Shown here: in pieces, positions 29,379-38,933 of the stretch | Numbering within the stretch: position 1 is the stretch's first letter | Layout of the letters: each line of letters starts with the position of its first letter | NCBI GenBank assembly: GCA_963761335.1 | Contig: CAVXGR010000007.1 | Coordinates: forward strand, 64,001 to 128,000 | DNA: 64,000 bases | DNA from: an uncultured delta proteobacterium | GTDB lineage: Bacteria; Desulfobacterota; Binatia; HRBIN30; BPIQ01 | Direction of reading: 5' to 3' | Notes under the pieces: model-generated | What the model was told of the DNA's origin: nothing | The model's input: only the letters and a program-made list of their open reading frames with translations | Database searches by the model: none | Made by a program: the position numbers and the translations under genes

Positions 29379-30359
29379 GTGAAACGCACGCATGATTCGA
29401 TCCTGACGCTGGAGCTGCCCTACCGGGAGGAGCTTTCCATCCGCCGCACCATCTTCGACGGCGGGGGACGAGCGCGGGTCGCCGTGGTCGCCGGCATTCA
29501 CGGCGACGAGATCGAAGGCCTGTACGTCTGCCATCTCCTGGCGCGACGGCTCGAGATGCTCGAGGCGCGCTGCCCCGGAAGCGTGCGCGGGCGCGTCGAG
29601 CTGTACCCGGCGATGAACCCCCTGGGCATCGACACTCTGCAGCGCTTCGTGCCGGTGTTCGACGACGACCTCAACCGCAACTTCCCGGGAGCCCGTGAAG
29701 GGCTTCTGCCCCAGCGGCTGGCGGAGGCCGCGGTGCGGCAGCTCACCGGCGCCGATCTGGTGATCGACATCCACGCCAGCAACATCTTCCTGCGGGAGAT
29801 TCCGCAGGTGCGCATCGCGCAGGCGTACGCGCCGCGGCTGGTACCCTTGGCGGAGGGGATGAACCTCGACCTGATCTGGATCCACGGCGCGGTGACCGTG
29901 CTCGAAGCCACCATCGCCCACAGCCTCAACAGCACCGAGACGCCGTGCCTGGTGGTCGAGATGGGCGTCGGCATGCGGGTCACGCCCAGTCTGTGCGAGC
30001 AGGTGGTCACCGGTATTCTCGCCGTATGGCAGAAGCTCGGCGTGCTCTCGCCGGACGCGGCGGTGCCGCCGGTCACCCGCTCCCCCCTGATCGCCGACGA
30101 CAGCAACGTGTTTTACCTGAACGCCGAGAAGTCGGGCCTGTTCGTGCCGGAGATCGAGCACTGGATGACGGTCGAGCGCGACGATCTGCTGGGCCGCATC
30201 GTCTCGCCGTACGAGCCGGAGGTGCTCTCCGAGGTGCGCTCGCCGGTCGACGGCGTGCTCTTCACTCTGCGCGAGTACCCGGTCGTCTACGAGGGCTCGC
30301 TGATGGCGCGCATCACCGCACCCAACGCCGGATCGACACCGGGAGAGCAGACATCATGA
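29379..30359 (+). CDS. M14/AstE-AspA family metallopeptidase
   Basis: GIHGDE, DLNRNFPG, IDIHAS, VVEMG; C-terminal lipoyl-like barrel. Confidence 0.88.
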   Translation: MKRTHDSILTLELPYREELSIRRTIFDGGGRARVAVVAGIHGDEIEGLYVCHLLARRLEMLEARCPGSVRGRVELYPAMNPLGIDTLQRFVPVFDDDLNRNFPGAREGLLPQRLAEAAVRQLTGADLVIDIHASNIFLREIPQVRIAQAYAPRLVPLAEGMNLDLIWIHGAVTVLEATIAHSLNSTETPCLVVEMGVGMRVTPSLCEQVVTGILAVWQKLGVLSPDAAVPPVTRSPLIADDSNVFYLNAEKSGLFVPEIEHWMTVERDDLLGRIVSPYEPEVLSEVRSPVDGVLFTLREYPVVYEGSLMARITAPNAGSTPGEQTS

Positions 30360-31360
30360 GCCGCGCCGACCAGAAGAACCCCCCGGTTCTGCTGCGCATG
30401 ACGTCGCCGCTGCGCGACGATTTTCAGATCCCCTACCACGACTTCGGCAGCGCCGCGGCGGGCCCGACGGCGGTCTTCGTCGCCGGGCTCCACGGCGACG
30501 AGATCAACGGCACCTTCGTGCTGGCGCGGCTGGCGGCCTTCCTCGACACCCTGGACGAATTTTCGTCCGGGCCGCGGCTCCGCGGCCGCGTCGTGGTGGT
30601 GCCGGCGGTGAACGTCGTCGGCATGAACACGCGCAGCCGCCGCTGGCCATTCGACGGCACCGACATCAATCGCATGTTTCCCGGCTACGGCGCCGGGGAG
30701 ACCACCCAGCGGATCGCCAACGCCGTGCTGCAGCTGACCCGCGACGGCGACTACCGCATCGACATCCACAGCTCCAATCTCGATTTCGAGGAGCTGCCGC
30801 AGGTGCGCCTCTACGCGCCCACACCGGCGGAGCAGCAGAGCGCGCGCCTCTTCGGCCTGCCCGCGGTGGTCGAGCGGCCGATGAACACGATCTTCACGGC
30901 CACCATCGGCCACGCCTGGCGTGAGCTCGGCGGCCAGAACTTCGTCCTGCAGGCCGGCCTCGCCGGCCGCATCCATACGGGGCACTGCGAGCGACTCTTC
31001 CGCGCCGTCGTCGCCTTCCTGCAACGCGTGGAGATCCTGCGCGACGTGGAGCTCTCCGATGACGAGGACGTCCACTACTTCGGCGTGAAGCAGACCTTTC
31101 CGTTCATCTCCGACACCGCCGGCATCCTCATCTCGCCGCTCGACGTCGGGCGTTGGGTCACGCGCGGCGAGACCATCGGCCTGATCTACGATTCCTTCGA
31201 CGGGCAGCTGCGCGCCGAGGTGAAGAGCCCGGTCGCCGGCCTGCTCAGCGGCATTCGCCGCGCCCCGCTGCTCTTCGAGGGCGATCTCCTGGCCCGCGTG
31301 CAGACCCGCGAGCCGGTCGAGGAGGTCGCCGACACCTACCTCCACGGCCGCGGTCAGTGA
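30356..31360 (+). CDS. M14/AstE-AspA family protein (second paralogue)
   Basis: GLHGDE, DINRMFPG, IDIHSS; VLQAG where the first paralogue has VVEMG. Confidence 0.87.
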   Translation: MSRADQKNPPVLLRMTSPLRDDFQIPYHDFGSAAAGPTAVFVAGLHGDEINGTFVLARLAAFLDTLDEFSSGPRLRGRVVVVPAVNVVGMNTRSRRWPFDGTDINRMFPGYGAGETTQRIANAVLQLTRDGDYRIDIHSSNLDFEELPQVRLYAPTPAEQQSARLFGLPAVVERPMNTIFTATIGHAWRELGGQNFVLQAGLAGRIHTGHCERLFRAVVAFLQRVEILRDVELSDDEDVHYFGVKQTFPFISDTAGILISPLDVGRWVTRGETIGLIYDSFDGQLRAEVKSPVAGLLSGIRRAPLLFEGDLLARVQTREPVEEVADTYLHGRGQ

Positions 31361-31377
31361 GTCGGGGAGAAGAGGAA

Positions 31378-31482
31378 AATGTAAAATGAAGAACCGGTGA
31401 GCGGTGATGGAGAACCGGAAAACGGTGGAGGGCGTCGGTTCTCCATTCTCCATCACCGGTCACCGGTTCTTCATTTTGCATT
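31378..31482. repeat. Inverted pair of the 41-bp heptamer-periodic repeat
   Basis: 31378-31418 (+) and 31436-31482 (-, one extra unit). Confidence 0.88.
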
Positions 31483-31526
31483 CTCTTCCTCCGCCCCGCT
31501 TCTCCTTTCTCCCCCGCCGCAGTAGG

Positions 31527-32105
31527 ATGCCGCTCATGCCCGAGGCGCGACCGCTGAGCATTCCGGTGATCCTCGGCACCAGCCGCAAGGGGCGCCGCAG
31601 CGTGCACGCGGCGCGCTACATCCACGGCAAGCTCGGCGCGCGCCCCGGCATCACCTCGGCGCTGATCGACATCGCGGCGCTGCCACTGCCGGTGGACGAC
31701 GCCGGAGAGGGCATCAAGACCCCCCAGTTCGCCGATCAGATGGAGCGCGCCGACGCCGTGGTCATCGTCTCGCCGGAGTACAACCACAGCTTCCCCGGGC
31801 TCCTCAAGCACGCCCTCGACAGCTGCCTCAAAGAGTACGTGCACAAGGCCGCGGGAATCGTCGGCGTCTCCGCCGGCGTCTTCGGCGGCGCTCGCATGAT
31901 CGAGAACATGCTTCCCGTGCTGCGCGAGCTGGGACTGGTCACCATCTTCTGGGACCTCAACTTCGGCGGCGTCGGCCGCGTCTTCGATGCCTCGGGCGCC
32001 CTGGTGGACACGGCCTTCGAGCAGCGCGCCGCGCAGTTCCTCGACGAGCTGGTGTGGATGGCGCGCACCCTTCGCCACGGCCGCGAGAACATTCCCCTGA
32101 GCTGA
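31527..32105 (+). CDS. NAD(P)H-dependent FMN reductase
   Basis: ILGTSRKGRRS, SPEYNHSFPGLLKHALD, SAGVFGG. Confidence 0.92.
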   Translation: MPLMPEARPLSIPVILGTSRKGRRSVHAARYIHGKLGARPGITSALIDIAALPLPVDDAGEGIKTPQFADQMERADAVVIVSPEYNHSFPGLLKHALDSCLKEYVHKAAGIVGVSAGVFGGARMIENMLPVLRELGLVTIFWDLNFGGVGRVFDASGALVDTAFEQRAAQFLDELVWMARTLRHGRENIPLS

Positions 32106-32116
32106 GGCGAGAGATC

Positions 32117-32287
32117 GTGGACGCACACCCTGAGAAGATGATCTGCCCCCGCTGCGGCGCGGAGATGAACCGCCATGCCCTCAAGGAGGTGTGGCACGTG
32201 GAAGAGGAGTCGTGTGCGGCGGAGATGATCGAGCTGCACTGCTGCCCGGCCTGCGGCGCCAGCTCCGCCCGCCGAGCCGACCACTAG
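32117..32287 (+). CDS. Small zinc-ribbon protein
   Basis: CPRCG...CPACG in a 56-aa ORF that fits between flanking genes. Confidence 0.65.
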   Translation: MDAHPEKMICPRCGAEMNRHALKEVWHVEEESCAAEMIELHCCPACGASSARRADH

Positions 32288-32307
32288 TCTAGCGAAAGAA
32301 CCGCGGA

Positions 32308-35154
32308 ATGTTTCAGCCCCAGCCCTTCCGCTCGCTATCGTCCCCGGTGCACCTGGTGGTGGTACCGCACACGCACTGGGATCGGGAATGGTATCAACCC
32401 TTTCAGGAATTCCGCGTGCGCCTGGTGCGGCTGATGGAGCGATTGCTCGACCTGCTCGAGCGCGATCCGGCGTTCGCGCACTTCCACCTCGACGGCCAGA
32501 CCATCATGCTCGAGGATTACCTCGAGATCCTTCCCGAGCGCCGCAAGCGACTTCAGCGCCTGGCCCGCGCCGGGCGGATCGGCGTCGGGCCGTGGTACGT
32601 GCTCCCCGATGAATTTCTGGTCAGCGGCGAATCCCTCATCCGCAACCTGGAGATCGGCCACGCACTGGCAGCGGACTACGGCGGGCCCGCCAAGATCGGC
32701 TATCTTCCCGACGAGTTCGGTCATACGGCGCAGATGCCGCAGATCCTCGCCGGCTTCGGCATCGACTCCGCCGTGGTATGGCGCGGCGTCGGCGCCGACG
32801 TCACAGAGACGCTCTTCCACTGGGAGGGGCTCGACGGCACGCGTACCCTCACCGTCTACCTGCCGCTGAGCGGCTACTCCAACGGGCGCAACTTGCCGTC
32901 GGATGCGGACGCACTGCGGGAGCGCCTCGGCGCCGTCATCGCCGAGCAGGCGCGCTTTCGACGGATCCCTTCGCTGCTGGTGATGAACGGCACCGATCAC
33001 GAGGAGCCGCAAGCGGCGCTGCCACAGGCGCTGGCCGCCGCCGCTCGTGCCCTGGAGGGAGTCACGTACGAGATCGCGCCGCTGGGCCACTTCGTCGAGC
33101 GGGCGCGCCGCGAGCACGGCGAGCTCCAGGTCCACGGCGGCGAGCTGCGCAGCCTGCGGCGCACCACTGTCACCCCCGGCGTCACCTCGGTGCGCGTGCG
33201 GCTGAAGCAACGGGACTTCGACAACACGCGCCGTTTGGAGCACTACGCCGAGCCCCTGGCCACCTGGTCCGGCCTCCTGCAAGCCTCCGGCACCGACGAT
33301 GCCGCGTCCACACCTTCCGCCCCGCTTCTGCGCTGGGCATGGAAGGTGCTGGTGCAGAACCACCCGCACGACAGCATCACCGGATGCTCCGTGGATCAGG
33401 TCCATCGCGACATGGAGGCGCGCGCCGATCAGGTGCAGATGGTCTGCACACAGGTGCTCGGCCAGGCGATCGCGCACCTCATCGAGAATCTCGACACCTC
33501 GTGGGTGGCGCCGGACACGGCGCTGGCGGTCTACAACCCCAATGCCGCCGGCCACGCCGTGGTCGCCGCCGACCTCTACCTGGACGGCTCGGGTCATGCG
33601 CTGACGGACGCGGCCGGCCGCGACGTGCCCATCCACGTGGAAGCCAGCCCCAGCGAGGTCCTGCTCGACGCCGAGCTTCCGCCAGCCGACGTCCGCCCGC
33701 ACGTGCTGGCCATCGAGGGACGCGAGTTCCTGGGCATGGTGATCAACGACATCCGCCTGCAGAGGCAGGGGCCGCGTCTGAACGCGCACGTTGTCCTGGA
33801 TCGCATGTCTCGCGGTCGTCTCGACCTGGCGCGCCTGCGCGCCGAGTGGCTGGCCCACCTGGACGATCCTACGCTGGAATGCGTCGCCGTGCGCGCCCAG
33901 ACGGGGGTGCCGGCGCGTCTCACCTTCGCGGCCCCTCTCAACGGCTACGGCTTCACCGTCTTCCGCCTGGCGCGCCGCAGCGCGGCAGTCGCCGCCCCGT
34001 TCGTCGCCGACACCCGACAGATCGAGAACGAGTTCTTCCGCGTCCGCGCCGGCGAGGACGGCACGCTGCAGATCACCGACAAGCGGAGCGGACTCTTGCT
34101 GCCGCGCTGCAACTGGTTCGTCGACGAGGGCGACCGCGGCGACGAGTACAACTTCGATCCACTCGAGGGCCAGCGGATCGCAGCTCCCAGTGCCCCACCT
34201 CGGGTCACCGTCGACGCCGGCAACGCCGCGGTCGTGTCACTGACGCTCACCCAGAGCTACGACCTCCCGCAGAGCCTCGACGGCGATCGGGAGACGCGCT
34301 CGGCGACGCGAGTCGGGCTGCCGATCACCACGATCGTGCGCCTCTTCGCCGGCGTGCGCCGTGTCGACTTCGAAACCACAGTGGACAACACCGCCGCCGA
34401 CCATCGCTTGCGGGTCCATTTTCAGACGCCGCTGGCCGTCGCGTCGGCATCCAGCGAGCAGGCCTTCGGCACCGCGGAGCGCCCCCTCGAGCTGGAGCCG
34501 CCGAGCGAGTTCGAGCACGCCATCGGCACCGTGCCGCAGAAGACCTTCACCGCCATTCAGGATGGCAGCCACGGCGTCGCCCTCTTCAACCGCGGCATTC
34601 CGGAAGTCGAAGTGGCACGCACCGGGGACGGCACCGAGATCGCCCTGACCTTGATCCGTTCCGTGGGCTGGCTGTCGCGCGGCGATCTGCGCCTGCGCCA
34701 CGGTCCCGCCGGCCCCGGGCTGGAGACTCCGGAGGCGCAGTCACCTGGGCCACACCATTTCGAGTACGCGCTGACGACCTTCGACGGGGACTGGCAAGAC
34801 GCCGGTCTCGTCGCCCAGGCACACGCCTTCGCCTTCCCGCCACTGGCAGCGACGACCGATGCTCATCCGGGGCCTCTGCCGTCCGGCGCGGCGCTGGTCG
34901 GCTCGGACAATGCGCATGTGGTTCTCAGCGCCCTCGTCCCCGCGAACGCCCCCGGGGTCTTCCTGACGCGCTGGTACAACAGCTCCGCCCGGCCACAGAG
35001 CGCCGAGATCACCGCGGCGCTGGCGCGCCGCGCCCGCGCCGTCGACTTCCTGGGTCGGCCGCGGCGCACCCGCCTGCGGCGCCTCGGCCCCGGGCGCTGG
35101 AAGGCACAGCTGCGCCCCTTCGAGATCCTGACGCTGCAGCTGCGCACACGCTAG
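32308..35154 (+). CDS. Glycoside hydrolase family 38 alpha-mannosidase (MngB-like)
   Basis: HTHWDREWY, LDGQ, PDEFGH, NHPHDSITGCSVD, DEGDRGDEYN. Confidence 0.93.
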   Translation: MFQPQPFRSLSSPVHLVVVPHTHWDREWYQPFQEFRVRLVRLMERLLDLLERDPAFAHFHLDGQTIMLEDYLEILPERRKRLQRLARAGRIGVGPWYVLPDEFLVSGESLIRNLEIGHALAADYGGPAKIGYLPDEFGHTAQMPQILAGFGIDSAVVWRGVGADVTETLFHWEGLDGTRTLTVYLPLSGYSNGRNLPSDADALRERLGAVIAEQARFRRIPSLLVMNGTDHEEPQAALPQALAAAARALEGVTYEIAPLGHFVERARREHGELQVHGGELRSLRRTTVTPGVTSVRVRLKQRDFDNTRRLEHYAEPLATWSGLLQASGTDDAASTPSAPLLRWAWKVLVQNHPHDSITGCSVDQVHRDMEARADQVQMVCTQVLGQAIAHLIENLDTSWVAPDTALAVYNPNAAGHAVVAADLYLDGSGHALTDAAGRDVPIHVEASPSEVLLDAELPPADVRPHVLAIEGREFLGMVINDIRLQRQGPRLNAHVVLDRMSRGRLDLARLRAEWLAHLDDPTLECVAVRAQTGVPARLTFAAPLNGYGFTVFRLARRSAAVAAPFVADTRQIENEFFRVRAGEDGTLQITDKRSGLLLPRCNWFVDEGDRGDEYNFDPLEGQRIAAPSAPPRVTVDAGNAAVVSLTLTQSYDLPQSLDGDRETRSATRVGLPITTIVRLFAGVRRVDFETTVDNTAADHRLRVHFQTPLAVASASSEQAFGTAERPLELEPPSEFEHAIGTVPQKTFTAIQDGSHGVALFNRGIPEVEVARTGDGTEIALTLIRSVGWLSRGDLRLRHGPAGPGLETPEAQSPGPHHFEYALTTFDGDWQDAGLVAQAHAFAFPPLAATTDAHPGPLPSGAALVGSDNAHVVLSALVPANAPGVFLTRWYNSSARPQSAEITAALARRARAVDFLGRPRRTRLRRLGPGRWKAQLRPFEILTLQLRTR

Positions 35155-35378
35155 CCGCCTCTCGCATTGGGCGCCGCCAACAATTCCCCGGTTCTCCATC
35201 ACCGGTCACCGGTTTTTCATTTTACATTTCTCTGAGCCCCCGCGAGTGGCCAAGATCCGCACCTTTGGCTGCGCCGGCGGAACTGTCCGTGCCGATGCGG
35301 TAAATGGGGCGCCTCGCCGGGAAGAAAATGTAAAATGAAAAACCGGTGACCGGTGATGGAGAACTGGCAAACGATTCC

Positions 35379-35645
35379 TCAGGGGCGCGACTGCGCCGTG
35401 GCGCGTGATTTCCCCAGAATGCGGCAGAGCTCGTCGACCTCGCGGATGAGGTCTGAGACAGGCTCCGCAACCAGGTTCGCCCCGGCCACCAGCCGCAGCC
35501 AGTAGAGAGTTTCCAGAATCTCCTTCAGGCTGATGCCCAGCTTGTGGAGAAAGTCCCTCTTGCTCTCCGCGCCACGCGCCTCCTTGTAGTTGGCGCCCGC
35601 CGACGTGCCGCTACGCAGCAGCTTCCCCGCCACGTGTCTGCCGGG
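35379..35645 (-). pseudogene. 5'-truncated four-helix-bundle protein gene
   Basis: Aligns with the C-terminal ~88 aa of 35846-36196. First ~28 codons and RBS are missing; ANYEEA is ANYKEA and QLLRS is KLLRS. Confidence 0.75.
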
Positions 35646-35845
35646 CAACAAATCACCAGTTCTCCATCACCGGTCACCGGCTTTTCATTCTACATTTCTG
35701 TGAGTCTTCGCGAGCTGCGGAGACCGCACCTGTGGCAGCGCCGGCGGAGGTGTCCGTGCGGAGGCGGCAAATGGGGCGCCTCGCCGGGAAGAGAATGTAA
35801 AATGAAGAACCGGTGACCGGTGATGGAGAACCGGCGAACGATTGC

Positions 35846-36196
35846 TCAGGGGCGCGACTGAGCCGTGGCACGGGATTTTCCGAGAATGCGGCAGAGCTCT
35901 TCGACCTCCCCGACGATGTCTGCGAGTGGTTCCGCAATCAGCTTCGCCCCGGCCACCAGCCGCAGCCAGTAGAGCGTCTCCAGAATCTCCTTCAGACTGA
36001 TCCCCAGCTTGTGGAGAAAGTCCCGCTTGCTCTCCGCGCCACGCGCCTCCTCGTAATTCGCGCCCGCCGAGGTGCCGCTGCGCAGCAGCTGCCCGGCCAC
36101 GTGTCTGCCGGCAATCGTGTCGGGCAGCTCGTCGACGATCCTGATGATCCGTATCGCGATGTGCACCAGACGCTCGGCGATGTCGTCACCCTTCAT
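35846..36196 (-). CDS. Four-helix-bundle protein (23S rRNA IVS protein/TIGR02436-like)
   Basis: QLLRSGTSAGANYEEARGAESKRDFLHKLGISLKEILETLYWL; GGAGG RBS. Confidence 0.92.
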   Translation of the reverse strand: MKGDDIAERLVHIAIRIIRIVDELPDTIAGRHVAGQLLRSGTSAGANYEEARGAESKRDFLHKLGISLKEILETLYWLRLVAGAKLIAEPLADIVGEVEELCRILGKSRATAQSRP

Positions 36197-36546
36197 CGGG
36201 ATGAGCCTCCCGAGGGCACCCGCAACGCATGATCCGTACCCGATGCGATCCCGCCCTTTTCCTGCAGGGTAGCGGCGATATCGTATGCGAAATGGATACG
36301 GTATCGAGGTGCAGGGACGCGGCGCCGCGGCGCCAAGAGAAGAGAATGGAGAATGAAGAACCGGTCACCGGAAATTGAGAATGGAGAACCGAAGAAGGAG
36401 GCCACCAATTCGAAGCCGTTCCGCCTCGTTCACCGGTTCTCCATCACCGGTCACCGGTTTTTCATTTTACATTCTCTTCCCTTCTCCACTCTCTTCCCCT
36501 TTCCTCAGACGCGCCCCCTGACTATGGTCAGCGGCGGGAGCCAATC

Positions 36547-37662
36547 ATGAACTTCGATTTTTCCGACGATCAGAAGATGCTGGGAAAGACAGCGCGCGAG
36601 TTCCTCGCCGAGCATGCGCCGCTGAGCCTGTGCCGCCAGGTGCTCGAGTCCGACGCCTCCTACTCCGAGGCGCTGTGGCGGGAGGTGGCGCAGCTCGGCT
36701 GGCTGGGGAGCGCCATTCCGGAGCAGTACGGCGGGGCGGGATTCGGGCGCCTCGAGCTCGCCGTCATCGCCGAGGAGGTCGGGCGCGCCCTGGCGCCGAT
36801 CCCCTTCGGCTCGAGCCTCTACCTCGCCGCCGAGCTGCTTCTCGAAGGCGGCACCGAGGCGCAGAAGCAGAGGTACCTGCCGAAGCTGGCGAGCGGCGAG
36901 TGGATCGGAACCTTCGCTCGCGTCGAGCAGACGGGGAGCGGCAGCGGCGAGGCGCCGGCGACGAAGCTCGCCGACGACAAGCTCGAGGGCGCCGTGATCG
37001 CTGTCCCCGACGGCGACGTGGCGCGTTTCGCGGTGGTCGCGGCGCGGCTCGAGTCGAGCCCGGCGCTGGCCGTCGTCGACCTGGAATCGCCCGGCGTCGA
37101 GAGGAGCGCCGTCCGCTGCATCGACCCGAGCCGCTCGCTGGCGGAGATCCGTTTTCGCGGTGTGCCGGCGGAGCCGCTCGGCGACCCGGCCTCGGCTGCC
37201 GCCGTCGCCGCCAAGGCGCTCGATCGCGCCGCCATTTACACCGCCTTCGAGCAGCTCGGCGGCGCCGAGCGCGCCCTCGAGCTGACGCGAGAGTTCTGTC
37301 TCGGCCGCTACGCCTTCGGGCGACCGGTGGCCTCCTTCCAAGCGATCAAGCATCGCCTCGCCGACCTCTACGTCGAGATCGAGCTGGCGCGCTCCAACGC
37401 CTACTACGGCGCCTGGGCCCTCGAGGCCGACGCGCCGGAGCTGCGCCTCGCCGCCTGCGCGGCGCGGGCCAGCGCCAGCGACGCCTTCGAGCTGGCGACC
37501 CAGGAGATGGTGCAGCTCCACGGCGGCGTCGGCTACACCTGGGAGTACGACTGTCACCTGTTCTACCGCCGCGCCAAGCTGCTGGCCCTGTCGCTCGACC
37601 CGGCGAGCGCCTGGCGCGAGAAGCTGGTGCAGCGGCTCGAGGAGACCCAGGCGCCCGCCTGA
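36547..37662 (+). CDS. Acyl-CoA dehydrogenase family protein (short partner subunit)
   Basis: MNFDFSDDQ, RYAFGRPVASFQAIKH, QLHGGVGYTWEYDCHLFYRRA. Confidence 0.93.
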   Translation: MNFDFSDDQKMLGKTAREFLAEHAPLSLCRQVLESDASYSEALWREVAQLGWLGSAIPEQYGGAGFGRLELAVIAEEVGRALAPIPFGSSLYLAAELLLEGGTEAQKQRYLPKLASGEWIGTFARVEQTGSGSGEAPATKLADDKLEGAVIAVPDGDVARFAVVAARLESSPALAVVDLESPGVERSAVRCIDPSRSLAEIRFRGVPAEPLGDPASAAAVAAKALDRAAIYTAFEQLGGAERALELTREFCLGRYAFGRPVASFQAIKHRLADLYVEIELARSNAYYGAWALEADAPELRLAACAARASASDAFELATQEMVQLHGGVGYTWEYDCHLFYRRAKLLALSLDPASAWREKLVQRLEETQAPA

Positions 37663-37688
37663 AGAGCGGCGCCGCGGAGGAGAGACAC

Positions 37689-38933
37689 ATGGATTTCAAG
37701 GACACGCCCGAAGAGGCCGCCTTTCGCACCGAGGTGCGCGCCTGGCTCGACGCCAACGCCGAGCGCCTCGCCCCTGCCGAACGCGCCCCAGGAATCGCCG
37801 AGGGGCGCGCCGATCCCCAGATCATCCACCGGGCGCAGGAGTGGCAGGCGAAGAAGGCCGACGCCGGCTGGGCCTGCATCACCTGGCCGAAGCAGTACGG
37901 CGGCCGCGGCGGCACCTCGATCCAGAGCGTCATCTGGAATCAGGAGGAGAGCCACTACAAGGTTCCGCCCAACGTCTTCGCCATCGGCCTCGGCATGCTC
38001 GGGCCGACGATCATGGTGCACGGCAGCGAGGAGCAGAAGCAGCGCTACCTGCGGCCGATGCTGCGCGGCGACGAGATCTGGTGCCAGCTGTTCAGTGAGC
38101 CCGCCGCCGGCTCCGATCTCGCCGGCCTGCGCACCGCCGCGGTGCGCGACGGCGACGACTGGCTGATCAACGGCCAGAAGATCTGGACCACCGGCGCGCA
38201 GTACTGCCGCTGGGGGATGATCGTCACCCGCACCGATCTTGCCGCCGAGAAGCACAAGGGCATCACCTATTTCATCGTCGACATGCAGGCGCCGGGAATC
38301 GAGATCCGCCCCATCCGGCAGATGAACGGCCAGTCGGGCTTCAACGAGGTCTTCTTCAGCGACGTGCGCGTACCCGATCGCAATCGCATCGGCGCCGTCA
38401 ACGAGGGCTGGCGCGCCGCCATCACCACGCTGATGAACGAGCGCGCCTCGATCGGCGGCGGCGCCATGGGCGGCGTCGACTTCGGCGATCTGCTGCGGCT
38501 CGCCGAGAGCACCCGCTGGGAGGGGCGCGCCGCCGTGGAAGACGGCGCCGTGCGCCAGCGGCTGGCGCGTTTCTACATCCGCCTCAAGGGATTGCAGTAC
38601 ACCGGCTACCGCATCCAGACGGCGCTGTCCCAGGGGCGCGTGCCCGGGCCCGAGGCCTCCATCGGCAAGCTCGTCGGGGCGCCGCTGCGGCAGGAGATGG
38701 CCAGCTTCGCCATGGACCTCCAAGGCCCCGCCGGCGGCATCGCCGACAGGTCGGTGGCGCCGCAGGAGGCCGCCTGGCAGCAGAGCTATCTCGGCTCGCC
38801 CGGCCTGCGCATCGCCGGCGGCACCGACGAGATCCTGCGCAACATCATCGCCGAACGCGTCCTCGGCCTGCCGCCGGAGATCCGCGTCGACAAGGGCATC
38901 CCCTTCAAGGACGTGCCAACCGGGCCGAAGTGA
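37689..38933 (+). CDS. Acyl-CoA dehydrogenase family protein
   Basis: WCQLFSEPAAGSDLAG, NGQKIWTT, FNEVFF, IAGGTDEILRNIIAERVLGLP. Confidence 0.94.
   Translation: MDFKDTPEEAAFRTEVRAWLDANAERLAPAERAPGIAEGRADPQIIHRAQEWQAKKADAGWACITWPKQYGGRGGTSIQSVIWNQEESHYKVPPNVFAIGLGMLGPTIMVHGSEEQKQRYLRPMLRGDEIWCQLFSEPAAGSDLAGLRTAAVRDGDDWLINGQKIWTTGAQYCRWGMIVTRTDLAAEKHKGITYFIVDMQAPGIEIRPIRQMNGQSGFNEVFFSDVRVPDRNRIGAVNEGWRAAITTLMNERASIGGGAMGGVDFGDLLRLAESTRWEGRAAVEDGAVRQRLARFYIRLKGLQYTGYRIQTALSQGRVPGPEASIGKLVGAPLRQEMASFAMDLQGPAGGIADRSVAPQEAAWQQSYLGSPGLRIAGGTDEILRNIIAERVLGLPPEIRVDKGIPFKDVPTGPK

Larger units (their letters stand above)
35188..36473. repeat. Six copies of the 41-bp repeat around four-helix-bundle genes, including a ~467-bp diverged tandem duplication
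   Basis: Copies at 35188-35228(-), 35327-35367(+), 35656-35696(-), 35794-35834(+), 36344-36391(+, degenerate), 36433-36473(-). Confidence 0.88.

Noticed and set aside
35188..36473. Possible diversity-generating retroelement (Avd-like four-helix bundle plus near-duplicate region)
   Set aside because: Differences between the copies are not adenine-specific and many are synonymous; no reverse transcriptase in the window.
36630..38933. 767-aa fused acyl-CoA dehydrogenase
   Set aside because: Two separate genes; the second has its own GGAGG RBS and ATG at 37689.
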